Shown one piece after another: positions 13,298-26,886 of a stretch of DNA of 64,000 bases. The notes under the pieces are model-generated. The model did not search any database. It was not told the DNA's origin and saw only the letters and a program-made list of their open reading frames with translations. This DNA comes from Paragordius varius (Eukaryota > Animalia > Nematomorpha): NCBI GenBank assembly GCA_964247055.1, contig OZ176052.1, positions 620,001 to 684,000 on the forward strand, read 5' to 3'. The position numbers were made by a program, and so were the translations under genes. How positions within the stretch are numbered: position 1 is the first letter of the stretch; each line of letters starts with the position of its first letter.

Positions 13298-16200
13298 ATG
13301 CATAAAAATTTTTCTCTTTTTATTCGGTTTTATTGCCAAGGTGAAGTCGCGACACAAGCCGATATAAAGTTTAATGAATTTGTTGGAAACCTAATTTGCA
13401 AGTTGAGGCCATACGAAATTCAAAATTATCGTCGCGAGGATATGCCCACTGTTGATATGACTCCAGAAAGAATCCAAGAAATCGTTCAACCCTTAACAGA
13501 ATTTCCCATGGAAAAAACTAAAGATGATATAAAAAACAAGCTAATAACGAATAACTTTTTTTCGCATATCAAAAAGCTGCCTAGTGTTAAAACTATTTTA
13601 CGTGACACGACAAGCACAGAATCCAACATGAAACTCATGATGTGGCGCAAAAAAATGATTAAAGATATGGGAGGCGTAAAACCATTTGTCGAATATAATC
13701 GGGGTAAAATTAATTTGCGTAAAGATAAGCTTTAAATAAGAGTTTTCTAAAAGGCTTATAAATAAAAAAATCAAACTTTTTTAAATGCTCTTATTGCATT
13801 TTAGGGCTATCAGGGCTTTCATCCTCATATATTTAGGCCTTAAACAACCCTAAGTTTGAGTTGGTTTTAAAAATAGCAACAATCAAAATATTGGTTGACT
13901 TTTTTTAAACCATTTAACTTTTGTTTGCATTCGAATTATACAATTTTATGCATTTTTTTAAACCTAATTTACTTTCTAATTGCAAATTTAAATTTTACGC
14001 AAAAAAATATGTTAGGACTTATTCGACAAGGTGGTTCCTTACACGCCCTCCTTGAAAAACGACTCAAGGGTCAAGATATTAAGGATGGCGATATCCCCGA
14101 TGCCAATCGTGGACATTGGAACAGCGTTCAGCCCGTTTTACATGATATGGGCGCCGTCGATATTCATGAAAAAACTGTTACACATCCTTATTTAGGTGGG
14201 TTTTTATAGTTTGTTGAAAATTTCAAGATTTTTACAGTAACGTATGGAGTAAAACAACATTAGTCCATAGAAGAATAAAAAAATGTTTTTTTTAAAAAGA
14301 AGGGGATATTATAGATGTGTGTATTTACAACTAGGATTGTTTTTTTTAAAAAAAAAACATTTTTTTATCCTTCTTTGGACTAATATTGTTTTACTCAGTA
14401 CGCTACTGTATATTGGAATAAGAATATAGATTTTCAAGTTTTATTCTCTAAAACAGTGGTTGTTCCCAAAAAAGGGGGCGTATAGAAAAATTTGGAAAAT
14501 TTTAATTAAAAATTTAAAACTAGAAACAAATAAAGGATTTCAGGTGCAAACTATCAAGATTCGTTACCGATATGGAAAAAATATTTTGAAAAATGCGGAT
14601 ATAACCATCTCATTGATTGGGTTTTTTCATAATATTTTTACATTTTTACCTTGGTTTTTTTAAGAAAGGGGGGGGGGCATAAGAACTTTTAGTTTTAATT
14701 TCATAGAATGTGAACAAAATAAGGTTGACCACTGCTCTAAAAATTTTATGATTGAAATAAAAATATAAATATATGAATGCGTATATTATGAATATGGTTA
14801 GTTTTTTTATCAATATATAAATATACGGGTTTACTAATTATATTAAATGAAAAAGCATTTTTTAAAACTTAAAAATTTAGCTAGTTTTTTTCTAAACATC
14901 CAATCTAATTAAAAGATTTGTTTTTGAATCAAAAATTTCGAAATTTGGCGCCATAAATCAGTTAAAAAATTATGCCATTCTTTTAATATCTAATTTTGAT
15001 TATATTTTTATTTTAGCTATTATGGACAGCAATTAATATATTTTACTACAATTTTAACTTTTTTTATTTTCACGATACGATATTAGACATATTTTTGAAT
15101 TAGGTCTAATATAGCATTTACAGTTCACATTCACCCTTAAAACAATTCAAATTCACCCTTAGAACAATTCAAATTCACCCTTGAACACTTCTAATTCACC
15201 CTTAAAATAAACTGTCTTTTTTAAGATTAAAAAATACCTATAAAAAATGAAATTTTGTCTATTATAAAATAATAAACTATGACATAAAGATATATTACAT
15301 ATGAATGATGAGTTATATTAGCCGGCCGAAAACACAAATTATTTTTAGGATGAATTTGAATTGTTCACTGGGAATTTAAATTGTTCTAGGGTAAATTTGA
15401 ATGGAAAAGTGAATCTGAATTGTTTAAGGGTGAATTTGAATTGTTCAAAAGTAAATATGAATGGTTCGAGGGTGAATTTGAATTGTTTAAGACCAAATAT
15501 GAATTGTTAAGAGTGAATTTGAATTGTTTTTTAAATTGTTTGAGAATTGGAATTGTTCAAGGGTGAATTTGAATTGTTCAAGGGTGAATCTGAATTGTTC
15601 AAGGGTAAATTTGAATTTAAATGTAAATGGTATATCATAACTGATATATTAAATTTGTATTGCTTTAGGGTTGTTAATTTACTTACCTATTTATATGCTA
15701 TATTGAATATACTCTATTTAGGTTATATGGGGATAATTGATGCCCTGGGATATTACAAGTAAAGCTAGTTATTTTTTATGTATTAATTAAAACGCGATTT
15801 ACAACATTTTCGAAGCTGGGATTTAAGTTAAAATTTATTTCCAGTAAAAACTGAAATTATATTACGGACAAAGCGTAAAAATATAAATACAGATATTTTT
15901 TTCTAAAAGACAACCCCATACTTTTTAATCTTATTTTTTTAAAAATAACTCATTGCTTTATACTACAAAGTATAATATAGATATTAAATGTTTTTTATAG
16001 GATAAATAAAGGTAAAAGTATGATTGATTTTTTTGAAAAAGTTTTCTTTATATTTTAACTTTTTGTCCGTATTATTTTAATTTTTACTGTAATAATACAT
16101 ACCATTTTTGACTGAATTCTATCCCCCCTTGAAAATTTTTAATTCGCCTTCATTATTAATATAAATTATTTTTTGTAACATGTGTAATATGTTTTATATA

Positions 16201-19200
16201 ATGAAACTAGATAAAAATATAAAAAATAATTTATGGGTAATTTTATTAAATAAATACATAGTAATTTTTGAGATCAATTAAAAGTGTTTAAGGGTGAACT
16301 TAAAACTTTTAAGGGTCATTTAAAAACATTTAAGGGTGAATTTGAGGTGAAAATGGTAGTATATTATATATTTTTATAAAATAATTTTATAAATTTTAAG
16401 AATTTGAAATATAAGGTAATCATGAGTCTTTAGCAAAATTGGAAATAAATAACAGGTATCGGAACCGGAAATGCTTTTATAACCGCAATTTAATATTTAT
16501 TTTTATATTTTTTCCAATTACAGTAAAGATTGAAATTATACGGATGGACAAAACGTAAAAATATAAAGACAAATATGTTTTTTTCAAAAGACAACCATAC
16601 TTTTTTAACCATAATTTTTCCCTTATAAATTATATAATTACAATTGTTAAATTTAGATAAGATGTTACCAATATACATCCCCAATTCATATTTTTTAATG
16701 AACAATGGTTTATATTTCAAAAAGTTAAAATTTAAAAAGGTATGGTTGCCTTTTTTATGAAAAAATATTTGTCTTTTTTTACGATTTGTCGTCCGTATAA
16801 TTTTAATTTTTATTGTAATTCATTGGATATTTTTGTCGGAAAATTTGAGATTTTTAATACAATAACTTTAAGAAAGGGGAAAGAAAAAATAAAATGCATA
16901 TTTAAAAACGATTCCATATCTAATTATTATTGGTAAAAAAATACTTTATGCTTTTTTCCTAGTAAAAACTGATATGATACGGAACGTAAAAATATAAAGA
17001 CAAAAATTTTTTTCAAAAGACATCCACATAATATTTGCTATATATACTATTTAATTAAAATCGTAAAATACCCTATTTTTTGTGTACCAATTGAACAATT
17101 TTATTATAAATTTTGCAGTTTAAAGCAATAATTTATATATATTCAATAAAAAATTAAGATTTAAAAAGTCTGGGTTTTTAGAATATTTGTCTTTACATTA
17201 TATTTTTACGTGTTGTCCTCCGCGTATATAATTTCAATTTTTACTGTGATAATAGAGACACGCTATGTGCAATAGAATGGAAAACATCAGCTAAACCCAA
17301 ACCAAATCTCTTGAAAACGATTGACACCCCACTTCAAATTGCCGCTTACATGGGCGCTCTTAATTGGGAACCAAAATCAATTTTTTCTGTAAAAATCTAT
17401 AAAATATTTTTCGTTTTAAAGCTTTTTTTTACTGTTTATTTTTACCACATTTTACGCAAAAATCAGGAAAAGTTTAAGTTGAAAAAAAGTAAATAGTAGT
17501 TAAATTACAGTGTAGGGTAATTAAAAACTGAAGTTCATTACTGTATTAATAGTACATTTTATACATAAAAATTAAATATTTTTCGTTTTAAATCATTTTT
17601 TTTGCATCGTTTTACCACATTTTACACATAAATTGGAAAATTTTAAGCTGAAAAAATTTATAAATACAGCGTGTGGGAGTTTAAAACTGTAAATTTTTTG
17701 ATTTTTTACAAATTCTAACCATATTTAGCTTTCTAAATATTTTTGATAGCTATACAATTAGGATGGTGCATAGAGGGTTATGGAATATGTAGTTGAAGGT
17801 TAACTATAGGATTGTCTAATACCCAAGTCGCGAAAAATTTGAAATTTATAATTTGAAAAAATATTATGCGCAGAAAATCTTAGTATAATTGATATTATTT
17901 CTTACAGAATTTTAGTTAATTACATCAATCTGTTTTTTCAATAACGAACTAAAAAATTTATATTATGTTTGCCTTTTACAGTCTTTTGCTCAAAATCTAA
18001 TAATTATTTAACAATTCGAATTCACCCTCGAATTCATCACCCTTGAACAAATTTGCATTCACCCTAAAAATAAATCATGTGTTTTGGCCTAATATAACTC
18101 ATTATTAATAGGGAATATAATCTTATGGCATTAGTTTATTATTTTTTCAGCATTATATTGATTATAACCGTAATTTCTTTTCTTTTAAATATTAAAAAAT
18201 AGAGGTAATTTTTAAGTTGAAAAAACGCATATTTATTTTAGGGTGAATATGAATAGTTCAAAGGTATATTTGAATTGTTTGAGGGTGAATTGAATTGTTT
18301 AAGGGTGAATTTGATCTCTAAATTGTATATATTATGAATACCTGCCCACATATCTATTTCACAATGCCGCTCGCGAAGCCATTTGTGTTGGGCTACCCTA
18401 GTCTAATAACTATGTATAAAACATTCCATTATCTACCATATAAAAAATTTAAAATGTGGTAATTTTTAGATTTTTACTCAAACATATATTAAGCCTGACT
18501 TTTCAAATTTAATGGTTTTTTATATCTTTTTACTGTTTAAACTCGAACAATTCAAATTCACACTTGAACAATTCATATTCACCCTAAAAACAATTATGTA
18601 TTAGAACTAATATAACTCATTATGAGTTGAAAATATATCCTTATCATTAATATTTCAGTATTATTTTACTATAAAACAAAATTTTATTTTTTAAAAACAT
18701 GAGTAATTTCAAATCTTAAAAAACGCATAATTTATTTTAGGGTGAATATGAATTGTTCAAAGGTATATTTGAATTGTTTGAGGGTGAATTTGAATTGTTC
18801 AATGGTGAATTTACACTGTAAATGGAATATATTTTTGAATGCTTACCCATATATATTTCATAATGCCACCCGCGAAGCCTTTGTGTTGGACACCCTGGTC
18901 GTCTAATAACTCTGTGTGAAACATTCCATAAGCTACCATAAAAAAATTTAAAATATGGTTCCTATTTTATCTTGTAGAAATTGTTCTTTACTCAAGCTTT
19001 TTTTATGGATATAATTCACGTAAATTTTCCCAGGACAATGAACAACAACCATCTAACATTACAAACGCCCTGATAGTCATAGCTTATGAAACAGGCGAAC
19101 CAGCTGATGTATTTTTACTTCCACGAGACATGACTCTCTACTATTGGGGAGAATGGCGCCAAAGATTGGCAAAGTTTTGGGCTCACAAACTTGTCACATA

Positions 19201-19216
19201 TATGAATCTTTCTTAA
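13298..19216 (+). CDS. MGME1: Mitochondrial genome maintenance exonuclease 1 (PD-(D/E)xK nuclease); exons 13298-13703, 14016-14195, 15722-15758, 17256-17388, 19034-19216
   Basis: The spliced translation gives LPSVKTIL..WRKKMIKDMG..GGSLHALLE..GHWNSVQPVL..EKTVTHPYLGYMGIIDAL..IEWKTSAKPKP..DTPLQIAAYMGALN..NALIVIAYETGEPA..YWGEWRQRL, collinear with the MGME1 motifs. All phases match. The start codon is tentative; MHKNFSLFIRFYC resembles a mitochondrial presequence. Confidence 0.9.
15112..15632. mobile_element. MITE family 2 copy with an expanded 21-bp repeat tract in the right arm
   Basis: About 4 units in the left arm and roughly a dozen GGGTGAATTTGAATTGTTCAA-like units between 15350 and 15620. 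Confidence 0.8.
16519..16815. mobile_element. MITE family 1 copy
   Basis: TACAGTAAAGATTGAAATTATACGGATGGACAAAACG...GTCCGTATAATTTTAATTTTTATTGTA; the interior is shared with the copies at 738 and 48712. Confidence 0.75.
17990..18960 (+). repeat. ~510-bp tandem duplication (family-2 MITE plus a hAT-type TIR end) in an MGME1 intron
   Basis: CACAATGCCGCTCGCGAAGCCATTTGTGTTGG..TCTAATAACT..AACATTCCAT occurs at ~18360-18450 and ~18860-18955. The same TIR-like motif (TTGTGTTGGACACCC) is at ~46155 and, inverted, at ~34705. Confidence 0.75.
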
Positions 19217-20232
19217 TAATAATGATGCGAATTAAAACTCGGCAGAAAAATAATTTGTCTATTATATAAAAAAAATTTTTATTATACTTATATCAAGAGA
19301 ATTCAATTAATATCAGTCTTATACATATTGATAATGGAAGAATTAAATTGCAATATCGGATTTACAGCATGAAAAGTAAAAAAAAACTCTCTCTAAGTTT
19401 TATTAAAAATTGAGATCATTAAAATAATATGTACTTTTTTGCCAAACTTACCTAAATTATTTAATTTTTAATGATATATTACCTTGTGATTAGTGTGGCG
19501 GAAATTTTTAGTTTTATATTTAAGAACACCGTATATTTGATTAAACCAAAGTATATTGGTTATTTAGAAATAGGCTGTGCAAAAATTGATTAGCTTTATT
19601 CAAAATAGTGATAAAGTTTTTATAAAATAAATTTTCGCATTTAAGGCGAGGGTATTAAGTATTTAATTGACAGATACACTTATCTATATAAATGATTATC
19701 AGGATGGAAAGATGAGTTTGGAATCACGTTAATATAAAAAGTTTTTTAGTTTTAAAAAACTTTTTTGCGATTAATACACCATAAATTATGAAAGTTTATG
19801 TCGAATTTTTTTTAAAAACCGTATTTAATAGGCGACTTAAATGAATTAACGCCTAATTTTTTATAATTAAATTGACCTAGTAATGCTAAAAAATCTATTA
19901 TTCGAGCACACACATACAGTTTCAGATATGATTATTGTACAATAATGAAATTTATATTGACATAAATATCAAAATGTTTTTTTGTGACAACTATCCGTTC
20001 TTCCTGCATAAAAATACAGTTTTTTCCCTTTTTTGCCAAACCAATGATAGGTAACAATAATTTATTCAAAGCTTTATGCAATAGTTTTGAACTCACATAA
20101 ACTGCTGTTTTAGGCATTTTGATCATTGCAAATATTTCGCTTATATGGCGTTTTTTATTTTTAAAATCGATTTTATACAGCATTATCATATATATATATA
20201 TATATATATAAATCAAAAAAGCCTTGCTTGAA

Positions 20233-23200
20233 CTAGGTAGAGTTATGTATCACAGGCGTTCGTATCAATTGAATTAGCTTATAAATTATATCATTAAGTA
20301 GGGTAAGGTATAAGAAAGCAAACGTGAATAAAAGGTAAATGATAATTCGCAGGAAAGGGTTATTTTCACCCATACACAAGTACACAATGAGAGCAATCAT
20401 ATATGTGGTGGAAATCATGAAAGCTTGCGTTCTGAACAATAAAACTTTTTCCGATTCAACCGCAAAAGTTCGCGTATTCGTTACTGTACTGCTATTGTGG
20501 GTATCATCAGGTCCCTCATTATTACGTACGGCTTCAATCGAATCCCGTAAGGAACCGAGCATAGATTTAAACGTTTTATGAGTCGTTCCCCCCATACTTT
20601 GGGCATTAGTATCCGTAACTTGTCGATGGAATTGAACTGCTATAGCCCGTATGGAACGGTTTAAACTGTGGAATCCAAATAGCAGAGTACTGCCAAACAC
20701 TTCATTCAACTTGATATTGTACCAAAAACAGAGGCTAACCAACAATATATCATAAGCCACTTGTATAATTTGGTAATGATAATCGTTGGAGAAAATGGAA
20801 CAATACTCTAGGGTATAAGCTTTGAGTGTAATTACATTCGGCGTATCCCGTATGTAGTCTATAAGAGTGTCTTCTTGACTCCGGATAGCTTTGGAACTAC
20901 CCAAGATGCGTAAACTATAATTCGTTTGGAATAGTTGATTAACATTGATGCGAAACTCGTTTGTGGGGACAAAGCGTTCCGAAACTACTAAGGCTGTATG
21001 ATCGAAAGACAACAATAATCCAGTGAATATTGCCTAAATATCGCATAATCCCAAAATGAAAAATATATGTTTTAGGGATGTATGGAAAATATGCATATAA
21101 AGAATGGTTAATTAAATCTAATTAATGTTTTTAACATTTAATTTAAGTTATAATAATAAGGATTGGATTGTAACCGTTTAAGGTCATGGGTCTGATTTCA
21201 AATTCTTTTTATGTCTCCTGGTTTAAGTTAGGGTTTTACGAATTCGTAAGAAACAATTAAAGATAAAATTGTATCGGTTTTTTTTGCCACAAATATTTTG
21301 AGAAAATTGGTTCGTATATTATTTATGTACAGATTATTGTGATATTTTAATTTTTTAAATTTACATCATTATGTGCTATTTTTTTGAAAAATCCAAAAAT
21401 ATATCTGTCTTTTGAATATAAATGCAAAAATATAAAGCATGCGTTTAAATGGTTGCTTATTTTACATACACTATAGTCGTATCAACATAGGAGTGTATGG
21501 CAACATGTTAAGTAAAATAAACAAAATAATGTATAAAAGGAAAATATTGTTTATTCAACATTTTGTTGTTTTTTCTATAAACTATTGTGTTGCAAATTGC
21601 CCTAGCAACCATTAAATACTGTAAATAATGCTAAAATTATATTAAAAATAAGAAATCAAAGATTCATAATTCCGGTTTAGGTTTATCCAGGAATTTAAAA
21701 ATATGGTTTCTTTATGTCAAAAGATATAAGTTTATTACTTTAGGATTCTGTTTTTTAATTTTAATCCTTACTGTTAATTTTAAATCACTTTAGACTTATA
21801 TTGATTGTAAATATTTTTACTTGTATGGCGCATAAAACAATAACGGGCATTATAAGCGTTTGTTGAGTAACTCGTTTCCTTGCAATAAATCTTTGATTCA
21901 AAAGATACAGATAAGAGTATATGGTAGAATAAGTTATTGTTATGGCCATGGACAGTAGAAATTGCCCCAAATCACAAATAATGTAAGATTCGCCCACAAA
22001 AATCACGATAATGCCTAAGAAACCCATAAAAATTCCCATGTATTTGAGATGGTACAAAGTTCTCACCTCCAGGGCAAACAGAAAACTATCATAGTATCGG
22101 ACATATATAATGAAACAAAATACGAGTAAGATAAGACCCAGAGCTGTAAGTATGTAGACAATAACGGCCCAAAACACCATATCATCCATCGCAAAATGGG
22201 GTAAACTAATGCAATGACTATGTAATTCTGCTGCGCTGTGTGGATTATTCGTGAATGGTGAATCAAGACCTGTAGAAGTAGGTTCATATTCTCTTATTTC
22301 GTCCAACACGGTTGGACCAACTTTTAAAACGAAATATTTGTGTTCCAGGCGATACAAACTCGGTATTTGATGGATGTGAGGCAAGGGCCAAGTATACTTA
22401 GGACAAGAAATGCAAGGTTCTATAAAGTTCCCTGGAACGAAAAATGATCTGAGAGGACATGCATGGCATTCCCAACAGCACGTGTTGGGCGTTGGTAATA
22501 AATACATGTAAACTGGACAATATTCACTACATCTGATGGGCGGGGCTGTGCTGGCATTTAAGACGTCAGTATAATTTAGGATATCTACGCTGTGAGTTAG
22601 GAAGAAATGGCCTTGTGCCTCATTGTAATACCCAATATCGATGAGTTTATATTTTGAGGTTGTTTTAGCTTTGAATTTTGAAATGTTGTTGGCAGCAGAG
22701 ACGTAATATCCGAAATCTATGGTTTGACGATCCGTCACATATCCCGTACTGTAATTTTTTATAATATTGCCTTGTTTATTTAACGTAGTCACTAGCGATG
22801 GATATAAATTGGTCTTTCGGACACAATTTATGATAGATTGTTTAGCTTGCAACTTTTCACTCAATGATTGGTTATTTTGTAACAAAATTTTTAGTAACAG
22901 TTTGCGTCTAAGGTTTTTCTTTACGGCATTAGCTGTGATATTACTCTCATTGTAAGTGTAAAATATTTTTTCCGTCCCATAATGTTGATTTATCAAATGA
23001 GGCAAACAGATATGAAGGACCATATTATTCAACGATTTTAATGCAAACCTGGCCGATCTAATGATTTGCGATATTCCAGCGTTTTGTGTAACATCAAATA
23101 TGTTTGAATAATTCTTCAATATAGTATCAGTTTTAATTTGGGTTTGGCCAAATGCCCCAATCCACCAACCATCTCGGCTAGCCTTTGGTCGAAACGTCGT

Positions 23201-25828
23201 ATCTAACCACTTTTTGTAACTGGATTCATTCCCTAATTTCTCGTAAAGGAATATACTTCTAGGTCTAATGAAAGTATCAAATATCTGGATGTAATCAGAA
23301 GCCTCTAAGCTAAAATCATTTATATTGTTGACGTGGAAGAAAACCATATGCGTGCCTGGGTCAAGTTCCCAAAGCATTCTCATAACATGTCCATACTGGA
23401 AATGATCAATGAAAATGAGAACGGCAAGGAAACGTTCAGAAGCAATGTTAATCAATTGCCTCAAGTTATTTTTCCAGTGTGCATAGTTTGCTGGATTCGC
23501 GTAATCAACGATAGGGAATTTAACTTCATGGACCAAGCATATAGTTGGTTCAAATATTTTTTGCGTTTCATACTGATAAAAGAATCCCCGCTCTGTTTCG
23601 CTCGTGAGCATAGCATATTGATCCCATTGAAAAAACTTGAATAATTTGTTTAGGGCGACAATGTAATCCAATTGATTGGACATGATTGGGAAAAGGTATT
23701 TGTATCTATATACAGTAAAAATTGAAATTATATGGACACAACGTAAAATTATAAAGACATATGGTTTTTTTATAAGACTGCTATAGTTTTTTTAACATGA
23801 ATCTTTTAAACATCACTCATGTTTATTGAAAACACAAACTTATTTACGATTAAATTTTAATAGAAATATGTAAGGTTTAAAAAATATATGAAAAAAATAT
23901 TTGTCTTTATGTTTTTACTTTTTGTTTATATAGTTTCAATTTTTGTAACAACGCACAGTTTATTTTTTTCTTTCTGAAAAAAAGTTATTTTGTTTTTTGA
24001 AATTTTTACCATTCGACCGCATAAATTAAATAAAGCATTATAAAATAATTGATTTCTATTTTACAAAAGGATAATGTAGTATTAAAAAAACTGGAATAAT
24101 GATAAATTTCTCGTGAAAACAAAACACAAAATTAAAAAAATATGCGAAACCGTTCAGGCCATCCAGGAAATTTGCGATTACTATTGACTAAGTGTATCAC
24201 TTATATTTTCAGTTTAATATTCTGTTAATTTATCGCGTAAATACGTTATTAAAGATTATTTAAGAAAAAGAAATTTATCAAAGACTTACAGACTACTGCT
24301 ATACAGCTTATTAAAATTGGCCATGGGAGCTATTTGAGGTATTCTAAGTATGGATAAAAGCGGAGCCGTAAAAATAGCCAATTGATTAGCTAAAGGTCCA
24401 ATAATAGCAGGGATATTAACGCCTTGAAGTTTGTTTGTTATTAATCGGAAAGCTTGAAGCTATTTAATGAAACATATAAGGATAAATTTATAATTAAAGG
24501 CCGCTAGGTAAGATAAAAAATGCTCATTAAAAAACCATTTACTAATCGATTTACGAATCAAGTATTGAAATTAGAACCAAAAATGAAACTTCTCGCTGCA
24601 ATGATACAAGTTTTTGCCCTCAAAATTTCAACGGAATAAATTTAAACTCAGGTTGCTATGTCTTATACTTAATTTTCCTAACATATATATTTAAAGTTCT
24701 GATTTATATCGTCAAGTATGCGGATGATAAATCTCGAGATAATTTTGCTTTGTAACCGGTTCAACCGAGCCTTTATTTGTAACTATTTTCTTAAAAATCG
24801 TATCAAAAAATTTTGACCTGAAATAATAAAGCAATGGCGTATATTCAATAATGTATATGATATGTGTTATTACTTGAGATAAAGCTGGATCTTCACATGT
24901 GGGAAGTATATTATACCCAACAGAGATGTTAAAAATCCCCAAAACCGTATTCTCAATGTTATACAATTGATTGTGAATTCTTTCCTCAGTCTCCCAAGTC
25001 GCTAGTTCTTGATTTAAATCAGGGTTTTGGGCCCAGGCGCTTTCATTTTTGTCACCTAGCATTTGCAGGAGAGCAGTAACATTTGGACGTTTGTGATTAA
25101 ATTGTTCGATTGTAAAAACTATCCCATAAGCCAATAAAACCTATTGTAAGTTGCAAACAAATTATAATAAAAAGAGTGATAAATTTTATTTGAAAAACCA
25201 CATGTTTTACTTTTATGTTTTGTATTTACAATTTAAATTTTCGCTCTGTGATCAAAATAGCTAGCTATTTTAAACCCTTGATATCCATTAAAATGCAACT
25301 TGTTGAAAAATAATATCTTTAAATTTATATAATACTTAGATACAAATTAGGTACCAAATAATCAAAGATGTTATAATTTTAAAAAATATTTAGCTATCAT
25401 TTTCATATCATTTTTTTAAAGTTTTATTATGTTTAGCCATAAAATTCATATATTTTATAAAACTGGGTAGTTTGTTTGATTACAATTTATAAGCTTCCAG
25501 AGTTACCAAAAAGTAAAAAGTTATAATGTAGTACCTGATATGGATTAGGCCTTTGCAATCGGCAAAAGAATTGGGGCGAATAACTGTAATCGTATATTTT
25601 TAGCAGTCCGCCTATCGTAATATCTCCAGATTTGTATAAACTAGTTGTCGGGAAGTTTTTACGATATGTTCCATTAAAATTTATAAACAATGGTTTCGTT
25701 TTATGTTTTATGGCCTGTTTTCCAAGCAAAATTTCATGCCTTGTAGCAAATAGAAGTGAAATTAATATAATGGAGCGATAAAAATGGTTCCAAAAAGATT
25801 TGATACTTAACAAAGTTGGGCATAGCAT
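20233..25828 (-). CDS. Class C GPCR (mGluR/CaSR-like, orphan), paralogue B; exons 25828-25535, 25140-24874, 24459-24290, 23705-21821, 21033-20233
   Basis: Venus flytrap motifs (GDITIGGLL, ISVGYNILPTC, AIIGP, IPQIAP), a 9-Cys domain (CSEYC..CCWECHAC..CISCP..C) and 7 hydrophobic segments. Splice phases 0,0,2,0 are consistent. The start ATG is tentative. Confidence 0.9.
23711..23946. mobile_element. MITE family 1 copy abutting a GPCR-B acceptor
   Basis: TACAGTAAAAATTGAAATTATATGGACACAACG starts at 23711. The AG acceptor is at 23706-23707. Confidence 0.75.
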
Positions 25829-26847
25829 TATGTTATACACTTTCAATGGGTAATTTAATTTTGATTTTGATGGTTAAATTAAATATTAATTATCCAACCA
25901 ATTTGGCATAAATGTGCTTTGTCATTTGCCTCAAAAAATAAGGGTAGGGGGGTGTGTGGTGCAACTGCCTTAAGAATGCTATAAAATGTGGTATAATATA
26001 TAAATTAATATTTAATTAACATATTTTACGCATTTTTTGTCCAAATCTTGTTGTTCCTATATATAAATTTTGATTACCAACACTAATTATTTTTTATTAT
26101 AAAAAACATTAGGTCGCAATTTCCAACAATAAATATAAAATATGAATATGTATTTTCTTTGGACTCAACAGCTAGCCTTTTATGAAAATACAGTGAGAAA
26201 ATGCATTTGAAAATTAATTTAAGTTTTCAAAAGCGGCTAAATTACTTTAAATCTGTTTACACGGCTATCGTGGCAATAAAATTGGAATTGAAGGCTTATA
26301 TGCTTTTATATTTAAAATTCAGGAGATTTCCATAGTTTTTTTGGAATTAAAACACTTTTTAAGCGTGATGCTTTAGATAAGACATGATATTTTGACCGCT
26401 TTTTGTATATAGGCTTTTTATCACAACTTTTGCAATTACATTTCGGAATTAGTCCCTAAAATATATTAATTTTTTACATTTATTAAACGTTTATGTATAA
26501 TAAAAAAAATAGCCAAAATCCTTATAATCAACTTTTGGCCCTTTTCTATTATATCTCTTTATGTTTTTAAAATGCCCTTATTGTCTTTTTATTTGATTCT
26601 TCAAAATATACAGGCGTAGCTTAGGAAGTTTGATGTCACTGAGATCAATTCGCGCTCCTAGAACTTAAATTAACCTCTTATAATAAAAACAAATATCCAA
26701 ATTTGATCTTATTTATTTCTGAAAATATCGAGCTAAAACAACCCAAATATAAATTTTAGGTGAAAAGATTTCAAGTTCTCCAAATAATTGTTAAATTCTA
26801 TAAAAGCCCATCAATTATCCAAAAAATAATGGTAAAAAATTGCAAAC

Positions 26848-26852
<5 letters not shown>

Positions 26853-26882
<30 letters not shown>
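26853..26882. repeat. (TA)n microsatellite
   Basis: Direct reading. Similar tracts lie at ~1446-1464, ~20187-20210 and ~28127-28159. Confidence 0.95.
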
Positions 26883-26886
<4 letters not shown>

